From Gemmatimonadota bacterium (GTDB lineage Bacteria > Latescibacterota > UBA2968 > UBA8231): a DNA stretch of 43,301 bases. The notes under the pieces are model-generated. The model had not been told where the DNA came from. It made no database searches and worked only from the letters and a program-made list of their open reading frames with translations. A program made the translations under genes and the position numbers. Where the stretch lies: the NCBI GenBank assembly GCA_038128265.1, contig JAYPJE010000011.1, positions 1 to 43,301 on the forward strand, in the 5' to 3' direction. Position 1 is the stretch's first letter. Every line of letters starts with the position of its first letter. Shown here piece by piece: positions 1 through 8,728 of the stretch.

Positions 1-1
1 C

Positions 2-1855
2 CTTGCGGCTGTAGCCGACGAGGCGGACTTTGGCCGCGTTGCGCTGAGCTGGAGTGCGTTGACGCGCGACGCGAACGGCGATCTGCTGACGGATCTGGCA
101 CACTATATCGTCTTCCGCTCGAAGGGCAGCACAAATTCGTTTGTGGCGGTTGATACGCTGGATGCCAATGTGCGTGAGTATGTCGACACGGGATTGGACG
201 AGCTAACGACGTATTACTACACGGTGTCGGCCACCGATGAGGCGGGCAACGAGAGTGCGCGTGCGCAGTCCGTTCAGGTGCGCACCGCGGGGCCCGATTT
301 GGTTGCCCCAGCTGCGCCGCAGAATCTGTCGGCCGTTGCGGATGCGGTTGATTTTGGCCGGGTTTCGCTGAGTTGGAACGCGCCGACGCGCGACGCCGAT
401 GGCAACGAATTGACGGGGTTGAGCCGCTATATTGTCTTCCGTTCAGAAGGGGGCACGGCCTCCTTCGTGCCCGTCGATACGCTGGATGCCAATGTGCGAC
501 AGTACGACGATGCGGGTTTAGACCCGCTGACGGCCTATTTCTACACGGTGAGCGCGCTTGACGAGAGCGGCAACGAGAGCAGCCGCGCCAGTGCCATCTC
601 CGTGCAGACCAATGGACCGGACCAGATTGCGCCAGATGCACCGGCCGACCTAGTGGCCGTAGCGGCGACGACCGCTGCTCAGATAACGATCAGTTGGACG
701 CCTCCCACGCGCGATGCCGACGGCGGCGATCTAACCGGTTTGGCCTCGTATGTGATCCTGCGCTCTAAGGACGACAACGCGTCTTTTGCGCCTATTGATA
801 CGGTCAGCTCGGACGATAATCGCTACGTCGATAGCGCAGGGCTTGAAGCATCGACGACATATTATTACGCGCTGCGCGCGATGGATGATTCCGGCAATTC
901 GAGCGCGCGTTCCGCTACGGCCTTTGCCAAGACGGCCGGCATCGGTGCGCCAACGGGCGTGTCGGCGACGGCCGGTATTCGCAAAATCACCGTATCGTGG
1001 TCGGCTAGCGGTGAGGACGGTTTACTCGGTTATAACGTATATCGTTCAACGCGTTCGGACGGGGCCTATGCACGCTTGACCGGCGTCGAAGGAGCCGCCT
1101 TCTCGACCGGGCAAACAACCTACGTCGATTCGAATTTAGTCGGTAGTGCGACCTATTTCTACAGGGTCTCTACGGTAACGAGCGACGGCGAGAGCAGTCA
1201 GTCGTCCTTTGTCGGTGCGACGGTGGATTCGGACGACCGTGCACCTTCCGCGCCGTCTCTGGTAAAGGGCGAGTCGGTAAACGGTGATCCGGAGCGTATC
1301 ATTCTCAGCTGGAAGGCGCCGACAACCGATTCCAACGGCGGCGAATTGACGGGCTTGGAGAGCTATTCGATCTATCGCTCTAGCGCCAGCGCGGGCCCGT
1401 TTTCGCTGATTGCCACCGTGACGGCAACGACCTATCAGGATACGGGGTTGACCTCCGTTACGACCTACTATTACCAGATAGAAGCGATTGACCAGGTGGG
1501 CAATATCAGCTCGCGCTCGACGACGATTGCCGCAGTTACCAGCGGAGTGGTCAAGCCCAGCAATGTGCGACTATCGGCGTCGACGCCTTCCGATGGATCG
1601 CTGCCGCCGGAAGTGACGATCACTTGGACAAAGTCGGACGGCGCTATTTTGCACTACGAGCTGCAGCGCACAACCGTGGCCAACAGCACGAATGATGCTG
1701 ACTATACCGTTGTGGGAACAAACTCGCTCAGCACGGAGCGCGTCGATGACACCGTGGCGCGCAGCACGACGTACTATTACAGGGTGCGCGCCCGCGACGT
1801 CGACGATCGCGTCAGTGAATGGACGGATCCGGTGCGGGTTGATGTGAAAAACTAA
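2..1855 (+). CDS. Fibronectin type III repeat surface/secreted protein, 5'-truncated by the window edge
   Basis: The frame is open from base 2 (LAAVADEADFGRVALSWSA...). It has about six modules with the FN3 signature W...Y.(V/I).RS...Y.D.GL...T.YYY.V.A.D..GNES and ends at TAA 1855. Confidence 0.85.
   Translation, partial: LAAVADEADFGRVALSWSALTRDANGDLLTDLAHYIVFRSKGSTNSFVAVDTLDANVREYVDTGLDELTTYYYTVSATDEAGNESARAQSVQVRTAGPDLVAPAAPQNLSAVADAVDFGRVSLSWNAPTRDADGNELTGLSRYIVFRSEGGTASFVPVDTLDANVRQYDDAGLDPLTAYFYTVSALDESGNESSRASAISVQTNGPDQIAPDAPADLVAVAATTAAQITISWTPPTRDADGGDLTGLASYVILRSKDDNASFAPIDTVSSDDNRYVDSAGLEASTTYYYALRAMDDSGNSSARSATAFAKTAGIGAPTGVSATAGIRKITVSWSASGEDGLLGYNVYRSTRSDGAYARLTGVEGAAFSTGQTTYVDSNLVGSATYFYRVSTVTSDGESSQSSFVGATVDSDDRAPSAPSLVKGESVNGDPERIILSWKAPTTDSNGGELTGLESYSIYRSSASAGPFSLIATVTATTYQDTGLTSVTTYYYQIEAIDQVGNISSRSTTIAAVTSGVVKPSNVRLSASTPSDGSLPPEVTITWTKSDGAILHYELQRTTVANSTNDADYTVVGTNSLSTERVDDTVARSTTYYYRVRARDVDDRVSEWTDPVRVDVKN
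26..620 (+). repeat. Intragenic tandem duplication of FN3 modules with a 324-bp period
   Basis: GATACGCTGGATGCCAATGTGCG occurs at 152 and 476; GACTTTGGCCGC at 26 corresponds to GATTTTGGCCGG at 350. Confidence 0.85.
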
Positions 1856-1857
1856 GC

Positions 1858-1919
1858 AAAAAACGCAGGCGAGCTGTTTGGGAAGGGGAGTGGCTGAAAA
1901 GTCATTCCCCTTCTGCGTT
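1858..1919. terminator. Hairpin between convergent genes, probable (bidirectional) intrinsic terminator
   Basis: GAAGGGGAGTGGCT-GAAA-AGTCATTCCCCTTC (1882-1913) with outer pairing AACGCAG/CTGCGTT. The A-run at 1858-1863 gives a U-tract on the minus strand. Confidence 0.6.
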
Positions 1920-2201
1920 GGCAGTATGCCACTCCAAGACCGCGTGCAGGAGTTCCTCCAACTCGCGCGCCTCATTCTCATGAATATCGTCTTGCTGCTG
2001 CTGATAGGCGACTAGGGCGTCCAATAGCTGCCGCATATTTGTGCGTATGGCGGCAATGGACGCGTCGAGCTGCTTCCGCTCTTCAGGCGAGGTGAGCAAA
2101 AGGGTATTTTTTTCCAATTCTCCCCTCAATAGCGCGTATATTTCCATCATGCGTGCGGTCTGAACGCGTATAGTATCCAATTTGAGCTTGGGAGAATCCA
2201 T
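1902..2201 (-). CDS. Hypothetical 99-aa alpha-helical protein
   Basis: AAGGAG RBS 8 nt upstream of the ATG. It fills the gap between the FN3 gene and tilS and has an amphipathic helical composition. No family recognised. Confidence 0.75.
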   Translation of the reverse strand: MDSPKLKLDTIRVQTARMMEIYALLRGELEKNTLLLTSPEERKQLDASIAAIRTNMRQLLDALVAYQQQQDDIHENEARELEELLHAVLEWHTANAEGE

Positions 2202-2250
2202 TGTTATTGCTCCTTTACGGGCCGTTGGTAATTCTAGTCAGAGAAGGTTT

Positions 2251-2266
2251 AGCAAGATCTGTTCCA
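2251..2266 (-). promoter_or_regulatory. Putative sigma-54 (-24/-12) promoter for the 99-aa gene
   Basis: The minus strand reads TGGAAC-AGATC-TTGCT, matching TGGCAC-N5-TTGCW with exact GG-N10-GC spacing, about 50 nt upstream of the start codon. Confidence 0.65.
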
Positions 2267-2303
2267 CTCGTCGAAAACGCGCAGCGGGAGGTGGGTTTAA
2301 GCG

Positions 2304-3683
2304 ATGGCTCAGCGCGGTGACCGATTGGTCCGTGCGGTGGTCGAAGTTCTGCGCCACGCGGGGATCGGACGCCATCAGAAAATGGCAATCGGCGTGTCGG
2401 GCGGGATCGACTCGATGGTCCTCTTGGACGTGCTGGGCCATTTGGTCGCAGAGCGCGTGGTGGTGCACTGCGACCACGGTTTGCGGGCCGAGTCAATTGC
2501 TGACGCACAGTTTGTCGAGGACCAAGCTGCACAACGCGGCTGTCGCTATGTCGGCCAGCGCTGCGAGGTGGCTGCGTTGGCCCGCCAGAACGGCATTTCG
2601 ATCGAAGAGGCGGGGCGCCGTGCGCGCTATGCCCTGTATGCGCAGGTCGCGGCCGATGAAGGGGCGGCGATTGTTGCTCTGGGGCACCACAGAGACGACC
2701 AGGCTGAGACGGTGCTAATGCACCTATTGCGCGGCAGTGGCAGCGGCGGGCTGCGCGGTATGCAGGTGCTGCGCGATGGCATGTATCTGCGCCCACTGCT
2801 CGAAATCTCGCGGGCGGAGATCGTTGCCTACGCGCAGGAAAACGACGTCCCCTTTCGGGAGGATGCATCCAACGCCGACGGGCGCTTTTTGCGCAACCGA
2901 GTGCGCGGGCATCTGCTGCCCATCCTGCGCGAATACAATCCCAATGTAGTGGACGTTCTGCATCGCACGGCAGCCATTTTAAACGGGGAAAACGACTTTG
3001 TTGAGGCCGCGGCAGAAAATGCGCTAACTGCTGTGCTGATAAAAGGTTGTGGAGGCAAGTTAGATCTTGATGTGCCCCGTCTTGTGGATTATCATATAGC
3101 GGTGCAGCGGCGCGTTATACGGCTCGTGCTCGGGCGATTATCCGCCGTGCCTGCCGATTTTGCCCTGATTGATCGAATCCTCCAAACGGTGCGCGAGCGG
3201 CGAGAGGGGCTGCTGGATGTGGGGCGGGGATTGCGCATTCAATATTGGCGAGACCGGCTTCTGCTGCGCCAGGGGGGTGCTGCTCCGCTAGCGCTGCCCG
3301 TGCCGCTGCCCGGTGCAGTGGCCATACCGGAGCGCGGGGGGCATCTCTCGTGCCGTCTGATGTCAGCAGAGGACTTTGGCGACATCCGCTCTCAATTGGG
3401 CCATTCGCTCGTTGCGCTGGATGCCGACAAGCTGGGGGCTCATCCGCTGGTGCGCACGGCGCGCGTGGGCGATCGTTTTCAGCCATTTGGCATGAGGGGA
3501 AAAAAGAAGCTAAGCGACTTTCTAATCGACCTGAAGTATCCCCGTATCCTGCGCGATGAAGTGCTCGTACTAGAGGGCAATGGGCACATCGCTTGGGTTG
3601 TTGGTATGCGCTGCAGCGAAGCGTTTCGCATCGGCCCTGAAAGTCGGCGCATCGCCGTGTTCGAATTCCGTTCCAGTGAGTAA
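2304..3683 (+). CDS. tilS: tRNA(Ile)-lysidine synthetase
   Basis: PP-loop GVSGGIDS, HCDHGLR, GHHRDDQAET and RNRVR motifs; C-terminal GDRFQPFGM.GKKKLSDF; lies upstream of ftsH. Confidence 0.95.
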   Translation: MAQRGDRLVRAVVEVLRHAGIGRHQKMAIGVSGGIDSMVLLDVLGHLVAERVVVHCDHGLRAESIADAQFVEDQAAQRGCRYVGQRCEVAALARQNGISIEEAGRRARYALYAQVAADEGAAIVALGHHRDDQAETVLMHLLRGSGSGGLRGMQVLRDGMYLRPLLEISRAEIVAYAQENDVPFREDASNADGRFLRNRVRGHLLPILREYNPNVVDVLHRTAAILNGENDFVEAAAENALTAVLIKGCGGKLDLDVPRLVDYHIAVQRRVIRLVLGRLSAVPADFALIDRILQTVRERREGLLDVGRGLRIQYWRDRLLLRQGGAAPLALPVPLPGAVAIPERGGHLSCRLMSAEDFGDIRSQLGHSLVALDADKLGAHPLVRTARVGDRFQPFGMRGKKKLSDFLIDLKYPRILRDEVLVLEGNGHIAWVVGMRCSEAFRIGPESRRIAVFEFRSSE

Positions 3684-3697
3684 TTCCGATTCAAAAG

Positions 3698-5605
3698 ATG
3701 GGTATGGACAAGAAAAAACAGACAGAAGAAGAAGATAGGCCGCGGCTGTGGCGCCGCCCCTCGCGCACGCTGACCTTTTGGATATTTTTCATTCTGGTGC
3801 TTCTCTTTGCCGCAAAGTTCTTTGACAGCACGCCGTCAGATGCTCCGGTTATTTCGTACATACAGTATCGCGAATATCTTGAGGATGGCCGCATTGGGGA
3901 AGCGATCATCATCGGCGATAGCGAGTTTCACGGAACGCTGAACAACGGTCAGCGCTTTGTCGTCAACCTCGGTCCCATTGATGCTCAAACCAAGCGCGAA
4001 TGGCGCGAATACAAGCTAGACTTTCGCTTTAAGGAAGAGCCCTTTCAGTGGTACAGCGTGCTCTTTAGCATCCTTCCTTGGCTGCTCTTTATCGCCTTTT
4101 GGATTTTCATGCTGCGGCAGATGCAGGGAGGGCCGCGCGGCCTGTTCTCCTTTGGCAAGAGCCGCGCCAAATTGCTCACCGAAGACAAGCATCAGACGAC
4201 ATTTGCCGATGTGGCCGGAGCCGATGAGGCCAAAGGAGAGCTAAAGGAAATCATCGACTTTCTGCGCGACCCGCAGAAATTTCAGCGCCTTGGCGGACGC
4301 ATTCCCAAAGGCGTTCTCATGGTGGGGCCGCCGGGCACGGGCAAGACCCACTTGGCGCGCGCCGTCGCCGGCGAGGCGGGCGTGCCCTTTTTCTCCATCA
4401 GCGGCTCGGACTTTGTTGAAATGTTTGTCGGTGTGGGGGCTTCGCGCGTGCGCGACCTGTTTGAGCAGGGCAAAACGAGCGCGCCCTGTCTGATCTTTGT
4501 CGATGAAATTGATGCGGTCGGACGCCACCGCGGAGCCGGCATCGGCGGTGGGCACGACGAGCGCGAGCAAACGCTCAACCAACTGCTAGTGGAGATGGAC
4601 GGCTTTGAATCAAACGACGGCGTGATTCTGATTGCGGCTACAAACCGCCCCGACGTGCTCGATCCGGCCCTCCTGCGTCCCGGGCGCTTTGATCGGCGCG
4701 TTGTCGTTGACCTACCCGACGTGCGCGGTCGCGAGGGCATTCTCGCAGTGCATGCTCGCAAGGTGCCGCTGGAAGAATCGGTCGACCTCAAGCGCATTGC
4801 CCAGGGAACGCCCGGTCTTTCGGGTGCGGATTTGGCCAATTTGATTAACGAGGCTGCTCTGCTAGCCTCGCGGCGCGATCATCCCTCCGTCGGTATGGCT
4901 GACCTCGAGGATGCCAAAGATAAGGTCATGCTTGGCGCCGAGCGGCGCAGTATGGTTATGACCGAGGAAGACCGCAGGCTGTCGGCCTATCACGAAGCCG
5001 GTCACGCGCTGGTGGCCAAGTTGATGCCGGGCGCGCATCAGATCGGCAAGGCTACCATTATTCCGCGCGGCCAGGCGATGGGCATGGTTTCCTTTCTGCC
5101 TGACGAGCGTCGCTCGGTCACGGAAACTCGGCTCAAGGCGCATCTGGCGACGGCGCTGGGGGGCTGTTGTGCCGAGCGCATGGTCTTTGCCGAGCGCTCG
5201 ACCGGTGCGCAGGGTGACTACAAGCAGGTGGCCGCCTTGGCCCGTTCGATGATCTGCGAATGGGGTATGAACGAAAATTTGGGTCCGCTGTCGCTGGCCA
5301 GCGGCGAAGACGAGGTCTTTTTGGGCAAAGGGTTTGCGCGCAACACCCATCTCAGCGAGGAGACGGCGCAGGCGATCGATGGGGAGATTCGCAGACTTGT
5401 GCAGGAAGCGGAGGTTGCTGCCACGAAGATTTTGGAGGAAAATACCGAGAAACTGCACGTCTTGGCGCAGGCACTTTTGGATTATGAAGTGCTCGACGAT
5501 GGCGAATTGGACTGCGTGCTGGCCGGTCAGGCGTTGGATCGAACGCCCGTGCGACAGGAAGAAGCAGGCGAGAACGGGGCGGCCGAACCAGGGCAGATGA
5601 CATGA
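3698..5605 (+). CDS. ftsH: ATP-dependent zinc metalloprotease FtsH
   Basis: Two TM segments, Walker A GPPGTGKT, Walker [21 protein letters not shown] and the HEAGH zinc motif. Confidence 0.98.
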   Translation: MGMDKKKQTEEEDRPRLWRRPSRTLTFWIFFILVLLFAAKFFDSTPSDAPVISYIQYREYLEDGRIGEAIIIGDSEFHGTLNNGQRFVVNLGPIDAQTKREWREYKLDFRFKEEPFQWYSVLFSILPWLLFIAFWIFMLRQMQGGPRGLFSFGKSRAKLLTEDKHQTTFADVAGADEAKGELKEIIDFLRDPQKFQRLGGRIPKGVLMVGPPGTGKTHLARAVAGEAGVPFFSISGSDFVEMFVGVGASRVRDLFEQGKTSAPCLIFVDEIDAVGRHRGAGIGGGHDEREQTLNQLLVEMDGFESNDGVILIAATNRPDVLDPALLRPGRFDRRVVVDLPDVRGREGILAVHARKVPLEESVDLKRIAQGTPGLSGADLANLINEAALLASRRDHPSVGMADLEDAKDKVMLGAERRSMVMTEEDRRLSAYHEAGHALVAKLMPGAHQIGKATIIPRGQAMGMVSFLPDERRSVTETRLKAHLATALGGCCAERMVFAERSTGAQGDYKQVAALARSMICEWGMNENLGPLSLASGEDEVFLGKGFARNTHLSEETAQAIDGEIRRLVQEAEVAATKILEENTEKLHVLAQALLDYEVLDDGELDCVLAGQALDRTPVRQEEAGENGAAEPGQMT

Positions 5606-6450
5606 AGTGGAGTCTGGCCGGGGGCGTGCTGGACTTTGGTGCGCGAGCCCATATAATGGGCATTCTGAATGCAACGCCGGACTCCTTTTACGACCATTAC
5701 GACGATGTAGGGGCGGCCGTCGAGCGCGGCCTGCAGATGCTGGAGGAAGGGGCCGATATCTTGGATATTGGCGGTGAATCGTCGCGCCCGCCGATGTACG
5801 GCGTGGCCGCCGAAGTAGGGTGCGAAGAAGAGTGTCGTCGAGTGCTGCCCGTCATCGAGAAACTGCGTATGCACACAGCCGCGCCCATTTCTATCGATAC
5901 GGTGAAGGCAGAAGTAGCGCGGCGCGCGCTGGCGGCGGGAGCGGATGTGATCAATGACATTAGCGCGATGGGGGATGAGGATATGGCCTCCGTAGCCGCA
6001 GAAGCCGATGTGCCGCTCGTGCTCATGCACCGCAGGGGCACGCCGGCCACCATGCAATTGGATACGCACTACGACGATGTGCTGGGCGAAGTGCACTCCT
6101 TTCTCGCTGAGCGCGTTGCGCACGCACGCGCGTGCGGCGTGCGCCGCTGTGCCGTAGACCCAGGTCTCGGCTTTGGCAAATCGCCGGAGGGCAATTTGCT
6201 GCTGCTCAAACACCTGCGCCGCTTGGGTGATGTGGACTGTCCGCTGCTCGTCGGTGCTTCGCGCAAGTCCTTTGTCTGGAAAACGCTGGGGGCCACCGCT
6301 GAAGATGCACTAGAGGGCAGCTTAGCGCTGGCGGTGCTGGCGCGTGCAGCCGGCGCACATATTTTGCGCGTGCACGACGTGCGGGCTAGTTGCCGGGCGC
6401 TGCGCATGGCCGATGCCGTCTTGCAGACCGAGTCGGAAATCAGAGGATAA
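5602..6450 (+). CDS. folP: Dihydropteroate synthase
   Basis: MGILNATPDSF, DIGGESSRP, ISIDT, INDIS, DPGLGFGK, SRKSF and RVHDV motifs; ATGA overlap with ftsH. Confidence 0.96.
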   Translation: MKWSLAGGVLDFGARAHIMGILNATPDSFYDHYDDVGAAVERGLQMLEEGADILDIGGESSRPPMYGVAAEVGCEEECRRVLPVIEKLRMHTAAPISIDTVKAEVARRALAAGADVINDISAMGDEDMASVAAEADVPLVLMHRRGTPATMQLDTHYDDVLGEVHSFLAERVAHARACGVRRCAVDPGLGFGKSPEGNLLLLKHLRRLGDVDCPLLVGASRKSFVWKTLGATAEDALEGSLALAVLARAAGAHILRVHDVRASCRALRMADAVLQTESEIRG

Positions 6451-6455
6451 CGCGC

Positions 6456-7280
6456 GTGTTTGAAGATCGATTGGTGCTCTTTCACCTGTTTGGCTTCTTG
6501 CCCGTATCCCTTGTATCACTGATCGATATTGCCCTGGTGGCGCTGGTATGCTATCGCCTGCTCGGTCTGATAAAAGGCACGCGGGCCGGGCAGATGCTGG
6601 TCGGTCTGCTGCTCTTGGTCACGCTGGCAATGGCCGCCCCGTGGCTGCAGATGAATGCCCTAGCTTGGCTTCTCGAACAGGTGCGTTCGATCCTGCTCTT
6701 TTTACTCGTTATCCTCTTTCAGCCAGAGCTGCGCAGGCTGCTGTTGGCGCTGGGGCAGAGTCCGATTCTGCGCTGGTTTTACAAGGCAGAGCCTTCGCGG
6801 GTGATCGACGAGGTCGTCAACGCTGCGGTGCAGCTGGCAGATCAGGGGTACGGAGCACTGATCGTCCTCGGGCGCCAGGCTCAGCTGGGGGCTATTATCG
6901 AGACGGGTGTGGCACTGAACTCCGAAGTATCCGATGATTTGCTGACGACCATATTCAACCCGCGCACGCCGCTGCACGATCAGGCCGTCGTCATTCAGGC
7001 CGAGACGTTGGTTGCGGCGCGCTGCACGCTGCCGCTGGCAGAAGAGGTCGACGATCAGCGGCTGGGCACACGCCACCGCGCCGCGCTGGGCCTATCGCAG
7101 GAATCCGATGCGGTGACGGTCGTCATATCGGAAGAGACCAGCACCATTTCGCTGGCCATTGGCGGGGTGCTGGTGCGCGGTTTGGATCGGGCAGAGCTCA
7201 AGCAGCGTCTGGTCGAACTGCTGGCGCCACAGCAGGCCGATATGGCCGTAGCCGGCGTGCAGGAAGAAGACGAAGTATAA
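6456..7280 (+). CDS. dacA: Membrane-bound diadenylate cyclase CdaA/DacA (DGA motif reads DQA)
   Basis: Three TM helices, FQPELRR, GALIV, TPLHDQAVVI, LGTRHRAALGLS and SEET motifs. Start placed at GTG 6456 behind AGAGGA rather than at 6390. Confidence 0.9.
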   Translation: MFEDRLVLFHLFGFLPVSLVSLIDIALVALVCYRLLGLIKGTRAGQMLVGLLLLVTLAMAAPWLQMNALAWLLEQVRSILLFLLVILFQPELRRLLLALGQSPILRWFYKAEPSRVIDEVVNAAVQLADQGYGALIVLGRQAQLGAIIETGVALNSEVSDDLLTTIFNPRTPLHDQAVVIQAETLVAARCTLPLAEEVDDQRLGTRHRAALGLSQESDAVTVVISEETSTISLAIGGVLVRGLDRAELKQRLVELLAPQQADMAVAGVQEEDEV

Positions 7281-7292
7281 GCGGTGTGAAGC

Positions 7293-7321
7293 TTGACACA
7301 GGGCATATGCCGCGCTAATTT
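7293..7321 (+). promoter_or_regulatory. Sigma-70-type promoter of the arg operon
   Basis: TTGACA (7293-7298), 17-bp spacer, TAATTT (7316-7321). Confidence 0.7.
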
Positions 7322-7357
7322 TTGATTTTTATTTTCCATTAGTAATATTTATTGGAT
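7320..7357 (+). promoter_or_regulatory. Degenerate tandem ARG-box-like operator
   Basis: AT-rich cores GAT-TTTT-ATT (7324-7333) and AAT-ATTT-ATT (7344-7353) are 20 bp apart and overlap the predicted transcription start upstream of argR. The flanks deviate from TGAAT..ATTCA. Confidence 0.5.
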
Positions 7358-7362
7358 TTCGT

Positions 7363-7824
7363 ATGCGCAATAAACAGGCGCGTCAGACGCGCATTCGCGA
7401 GCTGCTTTTCGAGCGCGCGATCGACACGCACGAAAGGTTGGCGGCGGTCCTGCAAGAGCTCAATATCGAGGTTAGCCAGTCGACGCTCTCCAAGGACCTG
7501 CGCGAACTCGGCGTGCTGCGCGTTCCCCAAGCCGACGGCGGGTTTCGCTATACGCTGCCCGATTCGGGAGCGACGCTGCGCGATCGCCATATCCTCGAAC
7601 GCGAACTACAAGACTATCTACTACAGGCTGAACAGGCGGCTAATATGGTGGTGATCAGGACTCTTTCCGGGCATGCCCAGAGCGTTTGCGAGTCGATCGA
7701 CCGCATCGGCTGGGACGAAGTCGCCGGGACCATTGCCGGCGAAAATACGATTTTTGTGGCGGCGCGTTCGGAAGCCGATGCGGCAAACGTGCTGGCCCAT
7801 TTGTCCGAGATATGCGGCGAGTAG
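7363..7824 (+). CDS. argR: Arginine repressor ArgR (variant motifs)
   Basis: Winged helix with SQSTLSKDLRELG; C-terminal VVIRTLSGHAQ...GTIAGENTIFV; first gene of an arg operon. Confidence 0.92.
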   Translation: MRNKQARQTRIRELLFERAIDTHERLAAVLQELNIEVSQSTLSKDLRELGVLRVPQADGGFRYTLPDSGATLRDRHILERELQDYLLQAEQAANMVVIRTLSGHAQSVCESIDRIGWDEVAGTIAGENTIFVAARSEADAANVLAHLSEICGE

Positions 7825-7833
7825 AGGGGGATC

Positions 7834-8715
7834 GTGAACGCACTGCAGGGGTATATCGATAAGGCGGCAACGCTGATAGAGGCGCTGCCCTACATACAGA
7901 ATTTTCGCGGAAAGATCGCCGTCGTCAAATACGGCGGTAGCACGATGGTCGGCGAGAGTCGGGAGGATGCGGTCCTCAAGGATATCGTCTTCATGGCCAG
8001 CGTTGGCATTTGTCCAGTTATTGTGCACGGGGGAGGACCGGCCATCAACCGGCGCCTGCAGGAGCAGGGCGTTGAGACGCAGCGCATCAACGGCCTGCGC
8101 GTGACGGATAGCGAGACAATGAAAGTCGTCGAGGACGTTCTCTTTGGCGAGATCAACGCCGAAATGGTGCGCGATATAGAGGGGCTGGGCGGCCGGGCCA
8201 TTGGCATTTCGGCCAAAGATGCGGGGATTTTACACGTGCGTAAGCACCTGGTAAAAACGGCGGACGGCGACGTCGATATCGGCTTTGTCGGCGACGTCGA
8301 GCGCGTCGATACGGCGCCGCTGTTAGACCTGGTGCGAGAAGGAGCCATTCCCGTTATCGCACCTATTGGTTGCGGACCCGATGGGCAGAGTTATAACGTC
8401 AATGCCGACACGGCAGCCGGCGAAGTCGCCGCGGCGCTGCACGCGGAGAAGCTCGTATTTCTCACGGACGTGACCGGTATTTTGCGCAATGCAAACGATC
8501 CGACGACGCTGCTTTCGACGGTGCGCGTCGGCGATGTGGAAACGCTGATCGGCGACGGGGTCGTTAGCGGAGGTATGATACCGAAGATCGAGGCGTGTGT
8601 TAAAGCAGTTAAATCTGGGGTGCGCAAGACGCACGTTATTGACGGGCGCATCCCTCACTCTATGCTACTCGAGATATTCACGCGCGAGGGCATTGGCACG
8701 GAGATCGTCCAGTAA
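7834..8715 (+). CDS. argB: Acetylglutamate kinase
   Basis: EALPYI, VVKYGG, VHGGGP, GLRVTD, YNVNADTAA and GGMIPK motifs; GTG start behind AGAGGGG. Confidence 0.97.
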   Translation: MNALQGYIDKAATLIEALPYIQNFRGKIAVVKYGGSTMVGESREDAVLKDIVFMASVGICPVIVHGGGPAINRRLQEQGVETQRINGLRVTDSETMKVVEDVLFGEINAEMVRDIEGLGGRAIGISAKDAGILHVRKHLVKTADGDVDIGFVGDVERVDTAPLLDLVREGAIPVIAPIGCGPDGQSYNVNADTAAGEVAAALHAEKLVFLTDVTGILRNANDPTTLLSTVRVGDVETLIGDGVVSGGMIPKIEACVKAVKSGVRKTHVIDGRIPHSMLLEIFTREGIGTEIVQ

Positions 8716-8728
8716 AACGGAGACTATT

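Noticed and set aside
26..620. Direct repeats considered as a CRISPR array or mobile-element ends
   Set aside because: They are in-frame 324-bp protein-domain repeats without a spacer structure; no cas or transposase genes are present.
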